Positions 1 through 11,696 of a DNA stretch of 64,000 nt are shown piece after piece (position 1 is the stretch's first letter; the number at the start of each line of letters is the position of its first letter). The stretch is from an uncultured Lachnospiraceae bacterium. GTDB lineage: Bacteria > Bacillota > Clostridia > Lachnospirales > Lachnospiraceae. The stretch is taken from NCBI GenBank assembly GCA_934294885.1, contig CAKRAK010000005.1, positions 9,535 to 73,534 on the forward strand. The letters run 5' to 3'. The position numbers and the translations under genes were made by a program. Under the pieces are notes generated by a model that was not told where the DNA came from, made no database searches, and worked only from the letters and a program-made list of their open reading frames with translations.

Positions 1-588
1 ATCAATGAATCCTCCAAATCAGTTGAGGCAATCCGTCAGGCCGCAGATATGATAGCAGAAATTGCCAGCCAGACCTCACTGCTTGCATTAAATGCCAGCA
101 TTGAAGCTGCTAGGGCAGGCGAAATGGGTAGAGGATTTTCTGTTGTTGCCAGTGAGATTTCCAATCTTGCAACCCAGTCTGATGAATCAACAAGAAAGAT
201 TCAGAAAATTGTTGCAGATGTAATCGCATCTTCCCAGCGTAATATTATTCTCTCAAATCAGGTAAAGGATGCGGTTAATAATGAAGGAACGGTATTAAGT
301 AAGGTAAGTAACAGCTTTGATGTTGTAGATGAAAAGATATTACAGAGTGCAGATGCCATGAATGAGATTTCACTAAAGACGGAACGATTGGTGGAAGTGA
401 AAGGAAAGGTTTTGGACGAGATTAATACACTGTCGGCTATTTCAGAAGAGGATGCTGCCGGATGTGAAGAAACAAATGCCAGCATGGTTGAGTTTAAGAC
501 TAATATCGAGAACATCAATCAGCAGGCTTCCGACACAAAGGATATCTCTGTTCAGTTAAATGAATCTGTGTCATATTTTAAAATGTAG
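1..588 (+). CDS. methyl-accepting chemotaxis protein, C-terminal part (5' end lies outside the window)
   Basis: Frame 1 is open from nt 1. It contains the MCP signalling-hairpin motif [34 protein letters not shown]. Stop at 586-588. Confidence 0.9.
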   Translation: MNESSKSVEAIRQAADMIAEIASQTSLLALNASIEAARAGEMGRGFSVVASEISNLATQSDESTRKIQKIVADVIASSQRNIILSNQVKDAVNNEGTVLSKVSNSFDVVDEKILQSADAMNEISLKTERLVEVKGKVLDEINTLSAISEEDAAGCEETNASMVEFKTNIENINQQASDTKDISVQLNESVSYFKM

Positions 589-614
589 TGTTCACAGAAA
601 CTTCACAAAAATTA

Positions 615-641
615 TTAGCACTCACTATTGACGAGTGCTAA
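615..641 (+). promoter_or_regulatory. CIRCE operator (HrcA binding site), perfect TTAGCACTC-N9-GAGTGCTAA
   Basis: Read directly: TTAGCACTC (615-623), 9-nt spacer, GAGTGCTAA (633-641). It lies 117 nt upstream of the hsp20 ATG. Confidence 0.9.
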
Positions 642-656
642 TAAGAGTGGTATAAC
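628..656 (+). promoter_or_regulatory. sigma-A type promoter of hsp20 (TTGACG-17-TATAAC) overlapping CIRCE
   Basis: -35 TTGACG at 628-633, 17-nt spacer, -10 TATAAC at 651-656. The -35 box sits in the CIRCE spacer and right arm. Confidence 0.6.
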
Positions 657-757
657 ATAATTACAGCAAGGGAATTGATAAAAAGATTCCGGACTGCTTA
701 GAATGTAACTGATACAATCTAACAGATGTTAGAGTTAATTTAAAGGAGGAATGTCTT

Positions 758-1186
758 ATGTTGATGCCTAGTATTTTTGGAGAAGATTTTGTAGATGATT
801 TTTTTGGATACCCAACAAGAAATAACAAATATTATGTTGAGAATCATGATATGATGAAAACAGATATCAAAGAAAAGGATGATCAGTTTGAATTGGATAT
901 TAACCTTCCGGGATACAAGAAGGAAAATATATCAGCTGAATTGAAGGATGGTTATCTGACCATCAGTGCTCATACCGAGAAGAAGACAGAATCAGAAGAT
1001 TCCGGTAAGTACATCCGCAAGGAGCGTTATGAAGGTTCATGCAGCCGTAGCTTTTATGTGGGAAAGGACGTTACAAAAGAAGATATCAAAGCGAAGTATG
1101 AAAACGGTATTCTTTCACTGGTGGTTCCAAAGGTTGACAAGAAACCAAAGGTAGAAGAGAAACATTTCATTTCAATTGAAGGATAA
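758..1186 (+). CDS. Hsp20/alpha-crystallin family small heat-shock protein
   Basis: 142 aa. The alpha-crystallin domain pattern (MKTDIKEKDDQFELDINLPGYKKENISAEL...GILSLVVPK) is typical of the family. RBS AAAGGAGGA lies upstream. Confidence 0.9.
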   Translation: MLMPSIFGEDFVDDFFGYPTRNNKYYVENHDMMKTDIKEKDDQFELDINLPGYKKENISAELKDGYLTISAHTEKKTESEDSGKYIRKERYEGSCSRSFYVGKDVTKEDIKAKYENGILSLVVPKVDKKPKVEEKHFISIEG

Positions 1187-1195
1187 GATTGGAAA

Positions 1196-1245
1196 AGAGG
1201 AATCGGTGTCCGGTTAATAACCGGATGTCGGTTTCTCTTTTTCTT
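1196..1245 (+). terminator. intrinsic terminator after hsp20
   Basis: Imperfect hairpin agaggaatcggtgtccgg / ccggatgtcggtttctct with several G-U pairs, followed by a T-rich tract. Confidence 0.6.
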
Positions 1246-1590
1246 TGAATGTAAGTCGACATGAAGAAACCATGTTTGTATGAATTTGTATGGGGCAGAA
1301 AATGTTGCTTTTTCTACAGATGAAAAAAACATGTTACGGATTCTTTTTTTTAATGATATTTTTGACTAAAAAAATATGAAAAAAGGGGATGAATTTTGAC
1401 ATTTCGACACTTGATATCTTAAGAAAATCGGTTTAAACTTAGGAAATGCAGATGGCTGCATTTTACATAAATATTTCTTTTGTATGAAAGAAATAGGACA
1501 AATCAGGTTGCTGTAATGGTGGTTATTGGTAGTTTGAATAAACATTTTTGCAGATACCTAAAAGAAACTAAAAGGTAAGGAGATGGTTTT

Positions 1591-2277
1591 TTGGGCAGTT
1601 TGGCAGAAGACCTGATGAAGGAACTGGAATGTGAAACAGTGTTTACGCTTCCAATCGGAAAAGGGATTCCAATTTATGAATCCGTCGTCGTAACCTGGAT
1701 TATCATGGCAGTTTTGATTGTGGTTGCCTTTATATTTACAAGAAATTTAAAGATTGACCATATCAGTAAACGTCAGGCTATTGCAGAATTAGTGTATACC
1801 AAGTTAACCAATTTAGTATCCGGAATGATCGGAGAAAAAGGAACTGCTTACGTTCCATATCTGGTTACGGTGCTTTTGTATATTGGTGTTGCCAATATCA
1901 TTGGTTTGTTTGGTTTCAAGTCCCCGACAAAGGATTTGAATGTTACAATCGCCTTAGCCGTAATGAGTATTATACTTGTGGAAGCCGCAGGTATTTACCA
2001 TTTGGGATTTAAGAAATGGTTGAAAAAATTTGCTCAGCCGGTAGCAATTGTAACCCCGATTAACATTCTTGAAGTGTTTACCAGACCATTATCATTGTGT
2101 ATGCGACTTTTTGGTAATGTGTTAGGTGCATTCGTTATCATGGAATTAATTAAAATTATTGTTCCGGTCATTGTTCCGGCAGTATTCAGCTGTTACTTTG
2201 ATTTGTTTGACGGATTACTTCAGGCATATGTATTCGTATTTTTGACATCACTTTATATTAGTGAGGAAATTGAGTGA
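1591..2277 (+). CDS. atpB: F0F1 ATP synthase subunit a
   Basis: Polytopic membrane protein containing the a-subunit motif with the essential Arg (LSLCMRLFGNVLGAF). It is the first gene of the atp operon. TTG start follows RBS AAGGAGA; an ATG at 1615 is an alternative start. Confidence 0.9.
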   Translation: MGSLAEDLMKELECETVFTLPIGKGIPIYESVVVTWIIMAVLIVVAFIFTRNLKIDHISKRQAIAELVYTKLTNLVSGMIGEKGTAYVPYLVTVLLYIGVANIIGLFGFKSPTKDLNVTIALAVMSIILVEAAGIYHLGFKKWLKKFAQPVAIVTPINILEVFTRPLSLCMRLFGNVLGAFVIMELIKIIVPVIVPAVFSCYFDLFDGLLQAYVFVFLTSLYISEEIE

Positions 2278-2331
2278 TTTAGGTATGATACAAACACCTA
2301 TTGAAAAATGAAAGAAAAAGGAGAAATGAAT

Positions 2332-2559
2332 ATGTCAACTTTATTAGCTATTGGAGCAGGTATCGCAGTATTAGGTGCTATTGGAGCCGGTGTAGGAATT
2401 GGTGTTGCAACAGGTAAAGCAACAGAAGCAATCGCAAGACAGCCGGAAGCAGCAGGTAAGATTAACTCAACTTTGATTATTGGTTGTGCCCTTGCAGAGG
2501 CAACTGCTATTTACTGTTTTGTTATCGCATTAATGATTATTGTATTATTAGGTAAGTAA
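2332..2559 (+). CDS. atpE: F0F1 ATP synthase subunit c
   Basis: Two-helix hairpin with ARQPE loop and carboxylate helix ALAEATAIY. The ATG at 2332 has the best spacing to RBS AAAGGAG (2317-2323); the ORF is open from 2308. Confidence 0.9.
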   Translation: MSTLLAIGAGIAVLGAIGAGVGIGVATGKATEAIARQPEAAGKINSTLIIGCALAEATAIYCFVIALMIIVLLGK

Positions 2560-2581
2560 TTAGGAAAGGCAGGTTAGTAAT

Positions 2582-3064
2582 ATGCTGAAAATAGATGCAG
2601 CAAATATTATTTTTACTGTAATTAACCTATTAGTTCTTTTCGTTGCTATGAAAATATTCTTCTTTAAACCGATTGCAAAGGTAATTGAAGAACGTCAGAA
2701 GGAAGCAGATAAACAGTTAGATGATGCTGCTGCAAAACAGTCAGAGGCTCAGATTCTGAAAAACCGCTATGATGAAATGCTTGACGGTTTTGAAGAAGAA
2801 AGAAAACAGACCATTGCAAAGGCTCGCCAGAATGCAGATGCAGAGTATCAGAAGATTATAAATAATGCACAGAATGAGGCACGTCAGATTAAGCAGACGG
2901 CTGAAAGTGATGCACAGAAAGAAAAGACGAAAATTATTAAAAATGCTGAGAAGGAAATTGCCGACATGGTAGTGGATGCAGCAACGAAGGTAGTAGGTAC
3001 ACAAAGCGGAGCGAATATTGACAGCTCTCTTTATAATGAATTTTTAGGTAAAGCAGGTGATTGA
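2582..3064 (+). CDS. atpF: F0F1 ATP synthase subunit b
   Basis: Single N-terminal TM helix followed by a long charged coiled-coil region. Position in the operon fits. Confidence 0.9.
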   Translation: MLKIDAANIIFTVINLLVLFVAMKIFFFKPIAKVIEERQKEADKQLDDAAAKQSEAQILKNRYDEMLDGFEEERKQTIAKARQNADAEYQKIINNAQNEARQIKQTAESDAQKEKTKIIKNAEKEIADMVVDAATKVVGTQSGANIDSSLYNEFLGKAGD

Positions 3065-5097
3065 TAGTGACTTCTACAAGTATTTCATATGCGTCAGATT
3101 TGCAAAACGTAGCCAATGCCAAGGAGTTACTAAAACAGGTTAAGGATATATTGGATGCAGTGCCTCAGATTCGAGTGGAATTTGAGGATCCTACGGTAGA
3201 GATTACAAAAAAACATATTGTAATTGACCGGGTATTTCCAAGTGAAATCCGCAATTTTTTAAAATTGCTTTGCGATAATGACGATTTTAATTTATTTGAT
3301 GAGATTTGTGAGGCGTTGGAGGATCTTTTGAAGACGCCGACAAAGGAAGCCGAAAGGGCAGAGTTGGTTTATGTTACTCCTCCGAATGAGGAACAGCTTG
3401 CAGGTATTCAGAAATTCCTTGGAAAGGAATTTGGTAATGCTGATATTGAAATTGATCTGAAAAAGGATCCGTCTATAAAAAGCGGATTTGTGCTCCGGGT
3501 AGGAACAAAGGAATATGACTGGAGTGAAAAGGGTCGTATTGCCCAGTTGGAAAATCGGATTGCCAATGCAGTTTCTGCTACGGCAAATCGTTCCGTTAGC
3601 GAGGAAGGAATTGTCTCTATATTAAAGGCAAGTATTGATGACTTTGAGTTAGAGGCAAAAAACAAAGAAATCGGTATTGTAAACTGGGTTGGTGATGGAA
3701 TCGCCAATGTAGATGGTATCGACCATGCATTTTACGGTGAAATTGTTGTATTTGACAGTGGCGTAAAGGGAATGGTTCAGGATGTCAGAAGAGATGAGAT
3801 TGGTGTTATCCTGTTCGGTCGGGATACAGAAATCCATGAAGGCACCAGAGTTGTACGTACCGGTAAGATGGCAGGTATTCCGGTAGGAGAAAACTTTAAA
3901 GGTCGTATCGTTGATGCATTAGGTGCTCCGATTGACGGACAGGGTGAAATCGTAGCCGATGGATATCGTCCGATTGAGAATCCGGCACCGAGTATTGTTG
4001 ACCGTAAATCAGTATCGGTTCCTATGGAGACAGGTATCCTTTCTATTGATTCCATGTTCCCGATTGGACGAGGACAAAGAGAGTTGATTATCGGCGACCG
4101 TCAGACAGGTAAGACATCCATTGCCATGGATACCATATTAAATCAAAAGGGAAAAGATGTTGTTTGTGTGTATGTAGCGATTGGACAGAAGGCATCAACC
4201 ATCGCCAAGCTTGTAAATAACTTGAAGAAGGGCGGTGCAATGGATTATACCATTATCGTATCCGCTACAGCAGCAGATCCGGCACCTTTGCAGTACATTG
4301 CACCATATTCGGGAACTGCACTGGCTGAGTACTTTATGTATCAGGGAAAGGACGTGTTGATTATATATGATGACCTTTCTAAGCATGCGGTTGCATATCG
4401 TGCAATTTCCCTATTGTTGGAAAGAAGTCCGGGACGTGAAGCTTATCCGGGTGATGTATTCTATTTACATTCAAGATTGTTAGAGCGTTCTTCCCGTCTG
4501 ACGCCGGAAGCAGGAGGCGGTTCCATTACAGCCCTTCCGATTATTGAAACACAGGCAGGAGATGTATCCGCATATATTCCGACAAATGTAATTTCTATTA
4601 CAGACGGTCAGATATATTTGGAAAGTGAGTTGTTTAATGCAGGACAGCGTCCGGCTGTAAACGTTGGTCTTTCCGTATCCCGTGTTGGTGGTGCGGCACA
4701 GACAAAGGCAATGAAAAAGGCTGCCGGCTCTATACGTATTGATTTGGCTCAGTATCGTGAGATGGAAGTATTTACACAGTTTTCATCTGACTTAGATGAG
4801 AATACAAAGAAACAGTTATCTCATGGTCGTTCATTGATGGAATTGTTAAAACAGCCTCTTGGTAATCCATTTAGTATGGCGGAACAGGTTATAACATTAG
4901 TATCTGCAAATGCCCATATATTCAGTGATATGGACGCTTCCAAGGTTAAGAAATTCCGTATGGATTTATTACAGGAGTTCCATACCAATCATTCCGATCT
5001 GATTTCTCAGTTAGAGAATGCTAAGGATTTAACGGATGATATTAAGGACCGTATTGTAGATGCTGCCAAAGACTTTGTAGAACACTATGAAGGATAG
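3061..5097 (+). CDS. atpA: in-frame fusion of ATP synthase subunit delta (OSCP, about aa 1-175) and subunit alpha (about aa 180-678)
   Basis: 678 aa. The N-terminal part ends with the delta-type motif GFVLRVGTKEYDWSEKGRIAQLENRI. A short linker ANAVSATANR follows. Then comes a canonical alpha N-terminus (SVSEEGIVSILKASIDDFELEAKNKEIGIVNWVGDGIANVDG), P-loop GDRQTGKT and the rest of alpha. There is no separate atpH ORF in the operon. Confidence 0.85.
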   Translation: MIVTSTSISYASDLQNVANAKELLKQVKDILDAVPQIRVEFEDPTVEITKKHIVIDRVFPSEIRNFLKLLCDNDDFNLFDEICEALEDLLKTPTKEAERAELVYVTPPNEEQLAGIQKFLGKEFGNADIEIDLKKDPSIKSGFVLRVGTKEYDWSEKGRIAQLENRIANAVSATANRSVSEEGIVSILKASIDDFELEAKNKEIGIVNWVGDGIANVDGIDHAFYGEIVVFDSGVKGMVQDVRRDEIGVILFGRDTEIHEGTRVVRTGKMAGIPVGENFKGRIVDALGAPIDGQGEIVADGYRPIENPAPSIVDRKSVSVPMETGILSIDSMFPIGRGQRELIIGDRQTGKTSIAMDTILNQKGKDVVCVYVAIGQKASTIAKLVNNLKKGGAMDYTIIVSATAADPAPLQYIAPYSGTALAEYFMYQGKDVLIIYDDLSKHAVAYRAISLLLERSPGREAYPGDVFYLHSRLLERSSRLTPEAGGGSITALPIIETQAGDVSAYIPTNVISITDGQIYLESELFNAGQRPAVNVGLSVSRVGGAAQTKAMKKAAGSIRIDLAQYREMEVFTQFSSDLDENTKKQLSHGRSLMELLKQPLGNPFSMAEQVITLVSANAHIFSDMDASKVKKFRMDLLQEFHTNHSDLISQLENAKDLTDDIKDRIVDAAKDFVEHYEG

Positions 5098-5115
5098 TGG
5101 AATAGGAGTGTTGTT

Positions 5116-7468
<2,353 letters not shown>

Positions 7469-7489
7469 GAATGAAAGAAGAGGATAGGG

Positions 7490-7903
7490 ATGAATACATT
7501 TTCATTAAAGATAATTGCATGTGACAGAGTCTTCTATGACGGACCATGTGAAATACTTGTTTTCCCCGGTGTGGATGGTGAAATGGCAATTATGGCGAAT
7601 CACGAACAGATGACCACAACAATTGAAATCGGTAATCTCAGATTCCGTACACCGGATGGAAAGGAACAGATTGCGGTTGTTTCGGATGGTTTTTTGAAAG
7701 TGAACCATAATGAGGTAAATGTTTTGGTTTACTCAGCTGAACGACCGGATGAAATTGATGCTTTCCGAGCGGAAGCTGCTGCAGAACGTGCCAGAGAGCA
7801 GTTGCAGCAAAAACAAAGTATTATGGAATATCATGTTTCTACCGCATCTCTTGCCAGAGCTATGGCGAGATTAAGCGGACGAGATAAGTATATGTTAAAA
7901 TAA
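7490..7903 (+). CDS. atpC: F0F1 ATP synthase subunit epsilon
   Basis: 137 aa with a beta-sandwich plus helical-hairpin pattern. It is the last gene of the operon. Confidence 0.9.
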   Translation: MNTFSLKIIACDRVFYDGPCEILVFPGVDGEMAIMANHEQMTTTIEIGNLRFRTPDGKEQIAVVSDGFLKVNHNEVNVLVYSAERPDEIDAFRAEAAAERAREQLQQKQSIMEYHVSTASLARAMARLSGRDKYMLK

Positions 7904-7908
7904 CGATG

Positions 7909-7951
7909 AAAAGTGCCATTTGTGTGCAATTACATAAATGGCACTTTTTTT
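7909..7951 (+). terminator. intrinsic terminator of the atp operon
   Basis: Stem aaaagtgccattt / aaatggcactttt followed by a T7 run. Confidence 0.85.
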
Positions 7952-8037
7952 CAGATTAACATTTTTTTGAAACGGGCATACTTTTAGTGTAGAATGATGT
8001 TATGACGGTAAAACGCAAATTAACATTCGGAGGATTT

Positions 8038-8961
8038 ATGAATATCACAACAAATTATTTTCAATTCAAATCAATAGAGGATCAATTAGAAATTGACTGC
8101 ATGGAAGTATACCCCGATACACCGCCTAAAGGAATTGTACAGTTTGTTCATGGAATGTGCGAGCATAAGGAACGGTATAAGGATGTTATGACTTTTCTTG
8201 CTAATCAGGGATATTATTGTGTGATACATGATAATCGGGGACACGGAAAAAGTATAGAATCAGAAGATGATCTGGGATATTTTTATGATGGCGGATATTT
8301 GGCGTTGATTGAGGATGTGCATCAGTTGGTTTCCTTAATGAAGGATAAGGTAAGCCCGGAGCTTCCGTATTGTTTAATTGGTCACAGTATGGGTTCCATG
8401 ATCGTCCGCTGCTTTTTGAAGAAATACGATGATGAAATTGACAGACTGATCGTTCTTGGCAGTCCTTCTAAAATTCCCGGTATGCGGCCGGTACTTGCTT
8501 TTGCTAAAGGACTGGAGATGGTAGAAGGTGGAAGAGAACATTCAAAACTGATTGACTATATTATACAAAACTACATGTATGAAAGCTGGTTTAAGGAGGA
8601 AGGGCTTCATTCCTGGGTATGCTCCGACCCGGAGGTGGTGGAAGAATATAATGACGATCCTTTTTGTAATTATACCTTTACTATTCAGGGCTATGTGAAT
8701 CTGATTCAACTTACAAAAATGACCTATGATAAAGATGGATGGGAGGTAAAGAATCCGTCACTACCGATATTCTTTGGTTCAGGAAGTGACGATCCTTGTA
8801 CTTTAAGTCCGAGAGACTACGGAAAGGCAGTGCATTTCCTGAAGGAGCGAGGTTATACCAATGTAACGGCTACCTTATTTCACGGTATGCGTCATGAACT
8901 GTTAAATGAAAAAAACAAAGACAAGGTATATAAAGCCATTCTTTCACATATAGAGGGATAA
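8038..8961 (+). CDS. alpha/beta hydrolase, lysophospholipase / monoacylglycerol-lipase-like
   Basis: HG oxyanion motif FVHGMCEH and nucleophile elbow GHSMGS. The ATG at 8038 follows RBS GGAGGA; the ORF is open from 8002. Confidence 0.75.
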   Translation: MNITTNYFQFKSIEDQLEIDCMEVYPDTPPKGIVQFVHGMCEHKERYKDVMTFLANQGYYCVIHDNRGHGKSIESEDDLGYFYDGGYLALIEDVHQLVSLMKDKVSPELPYCLIGHSMGSMIVRCFLKKYDDEIDRLIVLGSPSKIPGMRPVLAFAKGLEMVEGGREHSKLIDYIIQNYMYESWFKEEGLHSWVCSDPEVVEEYNDDPFCNYTFTIQGYVNLIQLTKMTYDKDGWEVKNPSLPIFFGSGSDDPCTLSPRDYGKAVHFLKERGYTNVTATLFHGMRHELLNEKNKDKVYKAILSHIEG

Positions 8962-9005
8962 AAAATCCTTTCCTTCCGGCCAAACCGAAGGGAAAGGATT
9001 TTTTA
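8960..9005. terminator. bidirectional terminator between convergent genes
   Basis: Stem aaaaatcctttccttc / gaagggaaaggattttt, with A/T runs on both sides. Confidence 0.8.
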
Positions 9006-9752
9006 TTCCTTATGTTCATCGATATATTTTAATACTGCGGAGAAAAGCGCATTTTTAATATTAGGGAACTGCTGTTGATTTTTTGCAATCCATTCTTTGA
9101 TTTCCTGACGTTTGGTATATCCGTCAGCAGGACATGGATTTTTCATTACCGGCAGCTTATATTTTTTGGAAAAACTGATTACCTTATGCTCCGGAATCAG
9201 GATCATGGGACGGATAATCGCAGAATGAAATTCTTCTAATTTCGTAACCGGAAGTATGCTGTGGTATCGGCCTTCCACCAATAAAGACATCATGCTGGTC
9301 TCGATAAAGTCATCCATATGATGTGCATAGGCGATTTTTGTGCAGGAAAGCTCATTGGCTTTTTCCGTTAATGCACTCTTTCTCATTCTGGAACAAAGAG
9401 AGCAGGGATGCTTTTCTTTTCTCATTTCAAAAACAATATCGTATATCTGGGTGGAGACAGCATAAAAAGGAACGTCTAAGCTTTGGCAAAAGGCTTCCAT
9501 ATTCTGAATGGCTTTGTTTTTGTCAAAGATAATGTTACCTTCAGCGTTGGTGTAATTGACGCCGATATCCACATAGATGGCTGCCAGTTGGAATTTCTTT
9601 GGATAGAATTCAGACAGTTTTTTTAGCCCCATCAGCATTGCAAGACTATCCTTTCCGCCGGACAGACCAACCGCTATTTTATCTCCGTCATCTATCATGT
9701 TGTAGTTTTGTATCCCTTGTCGTAAATAGCTTGTTAAGCGTTGTAAATCCAT
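9003..9752 (-). CDS. PP-loop ATPase, tRNA 2-thiocytidine synthetase (TtcA)-like
   Basis: PP-loop SGGKDS and Cys motif PCSLCSRMRKSAL. The ATG at 9752 is preceded by RBS AGGAGAA. The longer ORF to 9797 would overlap the upstream regulator gene. Confidence 0.75.
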   Translation of the reverse strand: MDLQRLTSYLRQGIQNYNMIDDGDKIAVGLSGGKDSLAMLMGLKKLSEFYPKKFQLAAIYVDIGVNYTNAEGNIIFDKNKAIQNMEAFCQSLDVPFYAVSTQIYDIVFEMRKEKHPCSLCSRMRKSALTEKANELSCTKIAYAHHMDDFIETSMMSLLVEGRYHSILPVTKLEEFHSAIIRPMILIPEHKVISFSKKYKLPVMKNPCPADGYTKRQEIKEWIAKNQQQFPNIKNALFSAVLKYIDEHKE

Positions 9753-9769
9753 AGCTTCTCCTTGATATA

Positions 9770-10393
9770 TTAATTTAGCTGTTTGTAATAAAAACATGCT
9801 AATTGTGTTCGGTCTCTAAGCTCTAATTTTTCTAAGATATGACTGATATAATTTCTTACGGTTCCTTCGCTTAAGAACAGGCGCTCTGAAATCTCTTTGT
9901 TATTAAGACCATCCGCCACCAGTTTGATAATGTCGAAATCTTTTTGACTGAGATCAAATTCTGAAAGGGAGGGAGATAAATCCTCCTGAATCAGGGAAGG
10001 GATTTTATTCATGATTTCGTTTCCGAAAACGGACTGTCCATTGTAAACTGCGGTAATGGCAGGGGCAATGCTTTCAAAATTCTGCTTTAGGATATATCCC
10101 TTTGCTCCGATTTTTATGGCTTTGATAATATATTCATCATCGGAAAAGGTTGTCAGCAACAGGATTTTTGCCTCCGGATAGTCCTTTAGAATGGTTGTGG
10201 CAGCTTCTAAACCGTTTGTCTTTTTCATTTGGATATCCATTAGTAAGATATCGGGCTGATAGCTACGGTATAGAGAAATTGCTTCTTCTCCGTTACTGCC
10301 TTGGGCAATTACCTGAATTTCTCCCGTTGCTTCTAATATTGTTTTTAAAGAAAGTGATACCAATTGGTCATCATCTATTATGATAATTTTCAT
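9770..10393 (-). CDS. response regulator, NarL/LuxR (FixJ) family
   Basis: Receiver domain (IIIIDDD...DILLMDIQM) plus a C-terminal LuxR-type HTH (EISERLFLSEGTVRNYISHILEKL). Confidence 0.9.
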   Translation of the reverse strand: MKIIIIDDDQLVSLSLKTILEATGEIQVIAQGSNGEEAISLYRSYQPDILLMDIQMKKTNGLEAATTILKDYPEAKILLLTTFSDDEYIIKAIKIGAKGYILKQNFESIAPAITAVYNGQSVFGNEIMNKIPSLIQEDLSPSLSEFDLSQKDFDIIKLVADGLNNKEISERLFLSEGTVRNYISHILEKLELRDRTQLACFYYKQLN

Positions 10394-11505
10394 TTCTCTT
10401 CTCCTCTCAGTACAGTAATGAGTATACGGAATCCATCCTGTGTAAAAAATTTTGCTGTACCGTTCATGTTTTTTGCCCGTTCTATGATATTGGTAATACC
10501 CATTCCTGTTGAATCCGGTATGTGGATATCCGTTCCGTTATCTTCAATCAGCAGCTGATAAAATCCGGGATGTTCCCGGACAAGTACATGAAGCTTTGTG
10601 CCATTGCTGTGTTTGATACAGTTATTTACAGCTTCCTTTGTGATGGCGATAAAGGCATATTTGATGTCTGTGTTCAGATGATTGCTGATATCATAGTCTA
10701 AGGTTACTTCAAATTGGGAAGCTGTTGACAGTATATCACAAATAGCCGACTTTAAATCAATGGATTCATCATGCAGATCGTGGACACTGTTACGAATACT
10801 GGTCATGGCAGTATTTAAGGTATCGCTTAATGCATGAATTGGTTCTGTTAAAGCTTCGTCTTGGTTGATTACCAAAATGGCACCGGTTTGTAAGATAGAC
10901 CGTGTTAACAGATGACCTACATTATCGTGAATTTCTCTTGCAATTCTGTTTCGTTCCTGCAAGGTTGCGGCATAAATGGCAGTATCCTGTTCCTGACGAA
11001 GCATCTTATTATGCTTTTCTAACAGCAGTGAATGTTCTGTGCTGGTATCTCTTTGCAGGATCAGTTGTTCCTTAAGGGAGGAATCATGCCTGTAGTAATC
11101 GGAAAGAAGTATTGAAAAACAGCAAAGCAGCAACAGAACAGTAAAAGCCTGAAATCCTAATATATGATAACTCCAAAATAAATTCAATATGCATAAAACC
11201 AGAGATAATTTATATTTATAGCGATAACAGTCATACAGCAAAACCGGAAGAAAGGCAATGCTGTAAGGAACGAAAAACATAAGCAACAGCAGAATAACCG
11301 GTAAAATTTGATAGCAGTCAAATTTGACAGCGGAAGGCTTCCCTTCATGAAACGTCTGCCATATCTGTTCTGTAATGGTGTTGTTGCAGGCTGCCAATAT
11401 GGCAATAAGGCAGACAACAGTGCTTTGGGTTGTAATATGGGAAAGACGGAGATAAAAAATGGCACAGCATATGTAAATTAGTGTTTTATCCATGATCTTG
11501 TGCAT
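10390..11505 (-). CDS. sensor histidine kinase, HisKA_3 type, with a polytopic N-terminal membrane domain
   Basis: H-box ERNRIAREIHDNVGHLL and an HATPase_c region. About 5-6 predicted TM helices. Its stop overlaps the regulator start (ATGA). Confidence 0.9.
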   Translation of the reverse strand: MHKIMDKTLIYICCAIFYLRLSHITTQSTVVCLIAILAACNNTITEQIWQTFHEGKPSAVKFDCYQILPVILLLLMFFVPYSIAFLPVLLYDCYRYKYKLSLVLCILNLFWSYHILGFQAFTVLLLLCCFSILLSDYYRHDSSLKEQLILQRDTSTEHSLLLEKHNKMLRQEQDTAIYAATLQERNRIAREIHDNVGHLLTRSILQTGAILVINQDEALTEPIHALSDTLNTAMTSIRNSVHDLHDESIDLKSAICDILSTASQFEVTLDYDISNHLNTDIKYAFIAITKEAVNNCIKHSNGTKLHVLVREHPGFYQLLIEDNGTDIHIPDSTGMGITNIIERAKNMNGTAKFFTQDGFRILITVLRGEEK

Positions 11506-11696
11506 TGTTTGACCTTCCTTTCCCGGTTTCCGATTATTGTTTTCCTATTATGCAGAGGGTGTTATCTTTATGTAACACGAATAAATTATACAATCTAATG
11601 AAACCCATGGCAATTGTTATAGCAGAAAAGTGATAAATGTCACATGTAAGAACTGACTTTATTCACTTGGTTCCTTTTTGGTTTGATGTATAGTAG

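Noticed and set aside
1246-1590. 345-nt gap before atpB. It was examined for atpI/atpZ-type small genes or a leader RNA.
   Set aside because: Only very short ORFs (20 codons or fewer) without RBSs are present, and no conserved structure was recognisable by eye.
2332-2559. Possible Na+-translocating c-ring (Na+ F-ATPase).
   Set aside because: Aligned by eye to the Ilyobacter tartaricus c subunit, the Gln of the Na+ site is Ile (GVGIG) and the Ser after the carboxylate is Ala (AEAT). The full Q/E-S/T ligand set is therefore absent, and a proton-coupled enzyme is more likely.
3408-4055. Antisense ORFs inside atpA. Many similar 60-130-aa minus- or plus-strand ORFs lie within long genes throughout the track (for example 258-518, 2741-3122, 31716-32069, 32707-33516, 51172-51657 and 56016-56426).
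   Set aside because: They are fully embedded opposite or out of frame in well-supported genes, lack RBSs and have skewed compositions. They are typical shadow ORFs.
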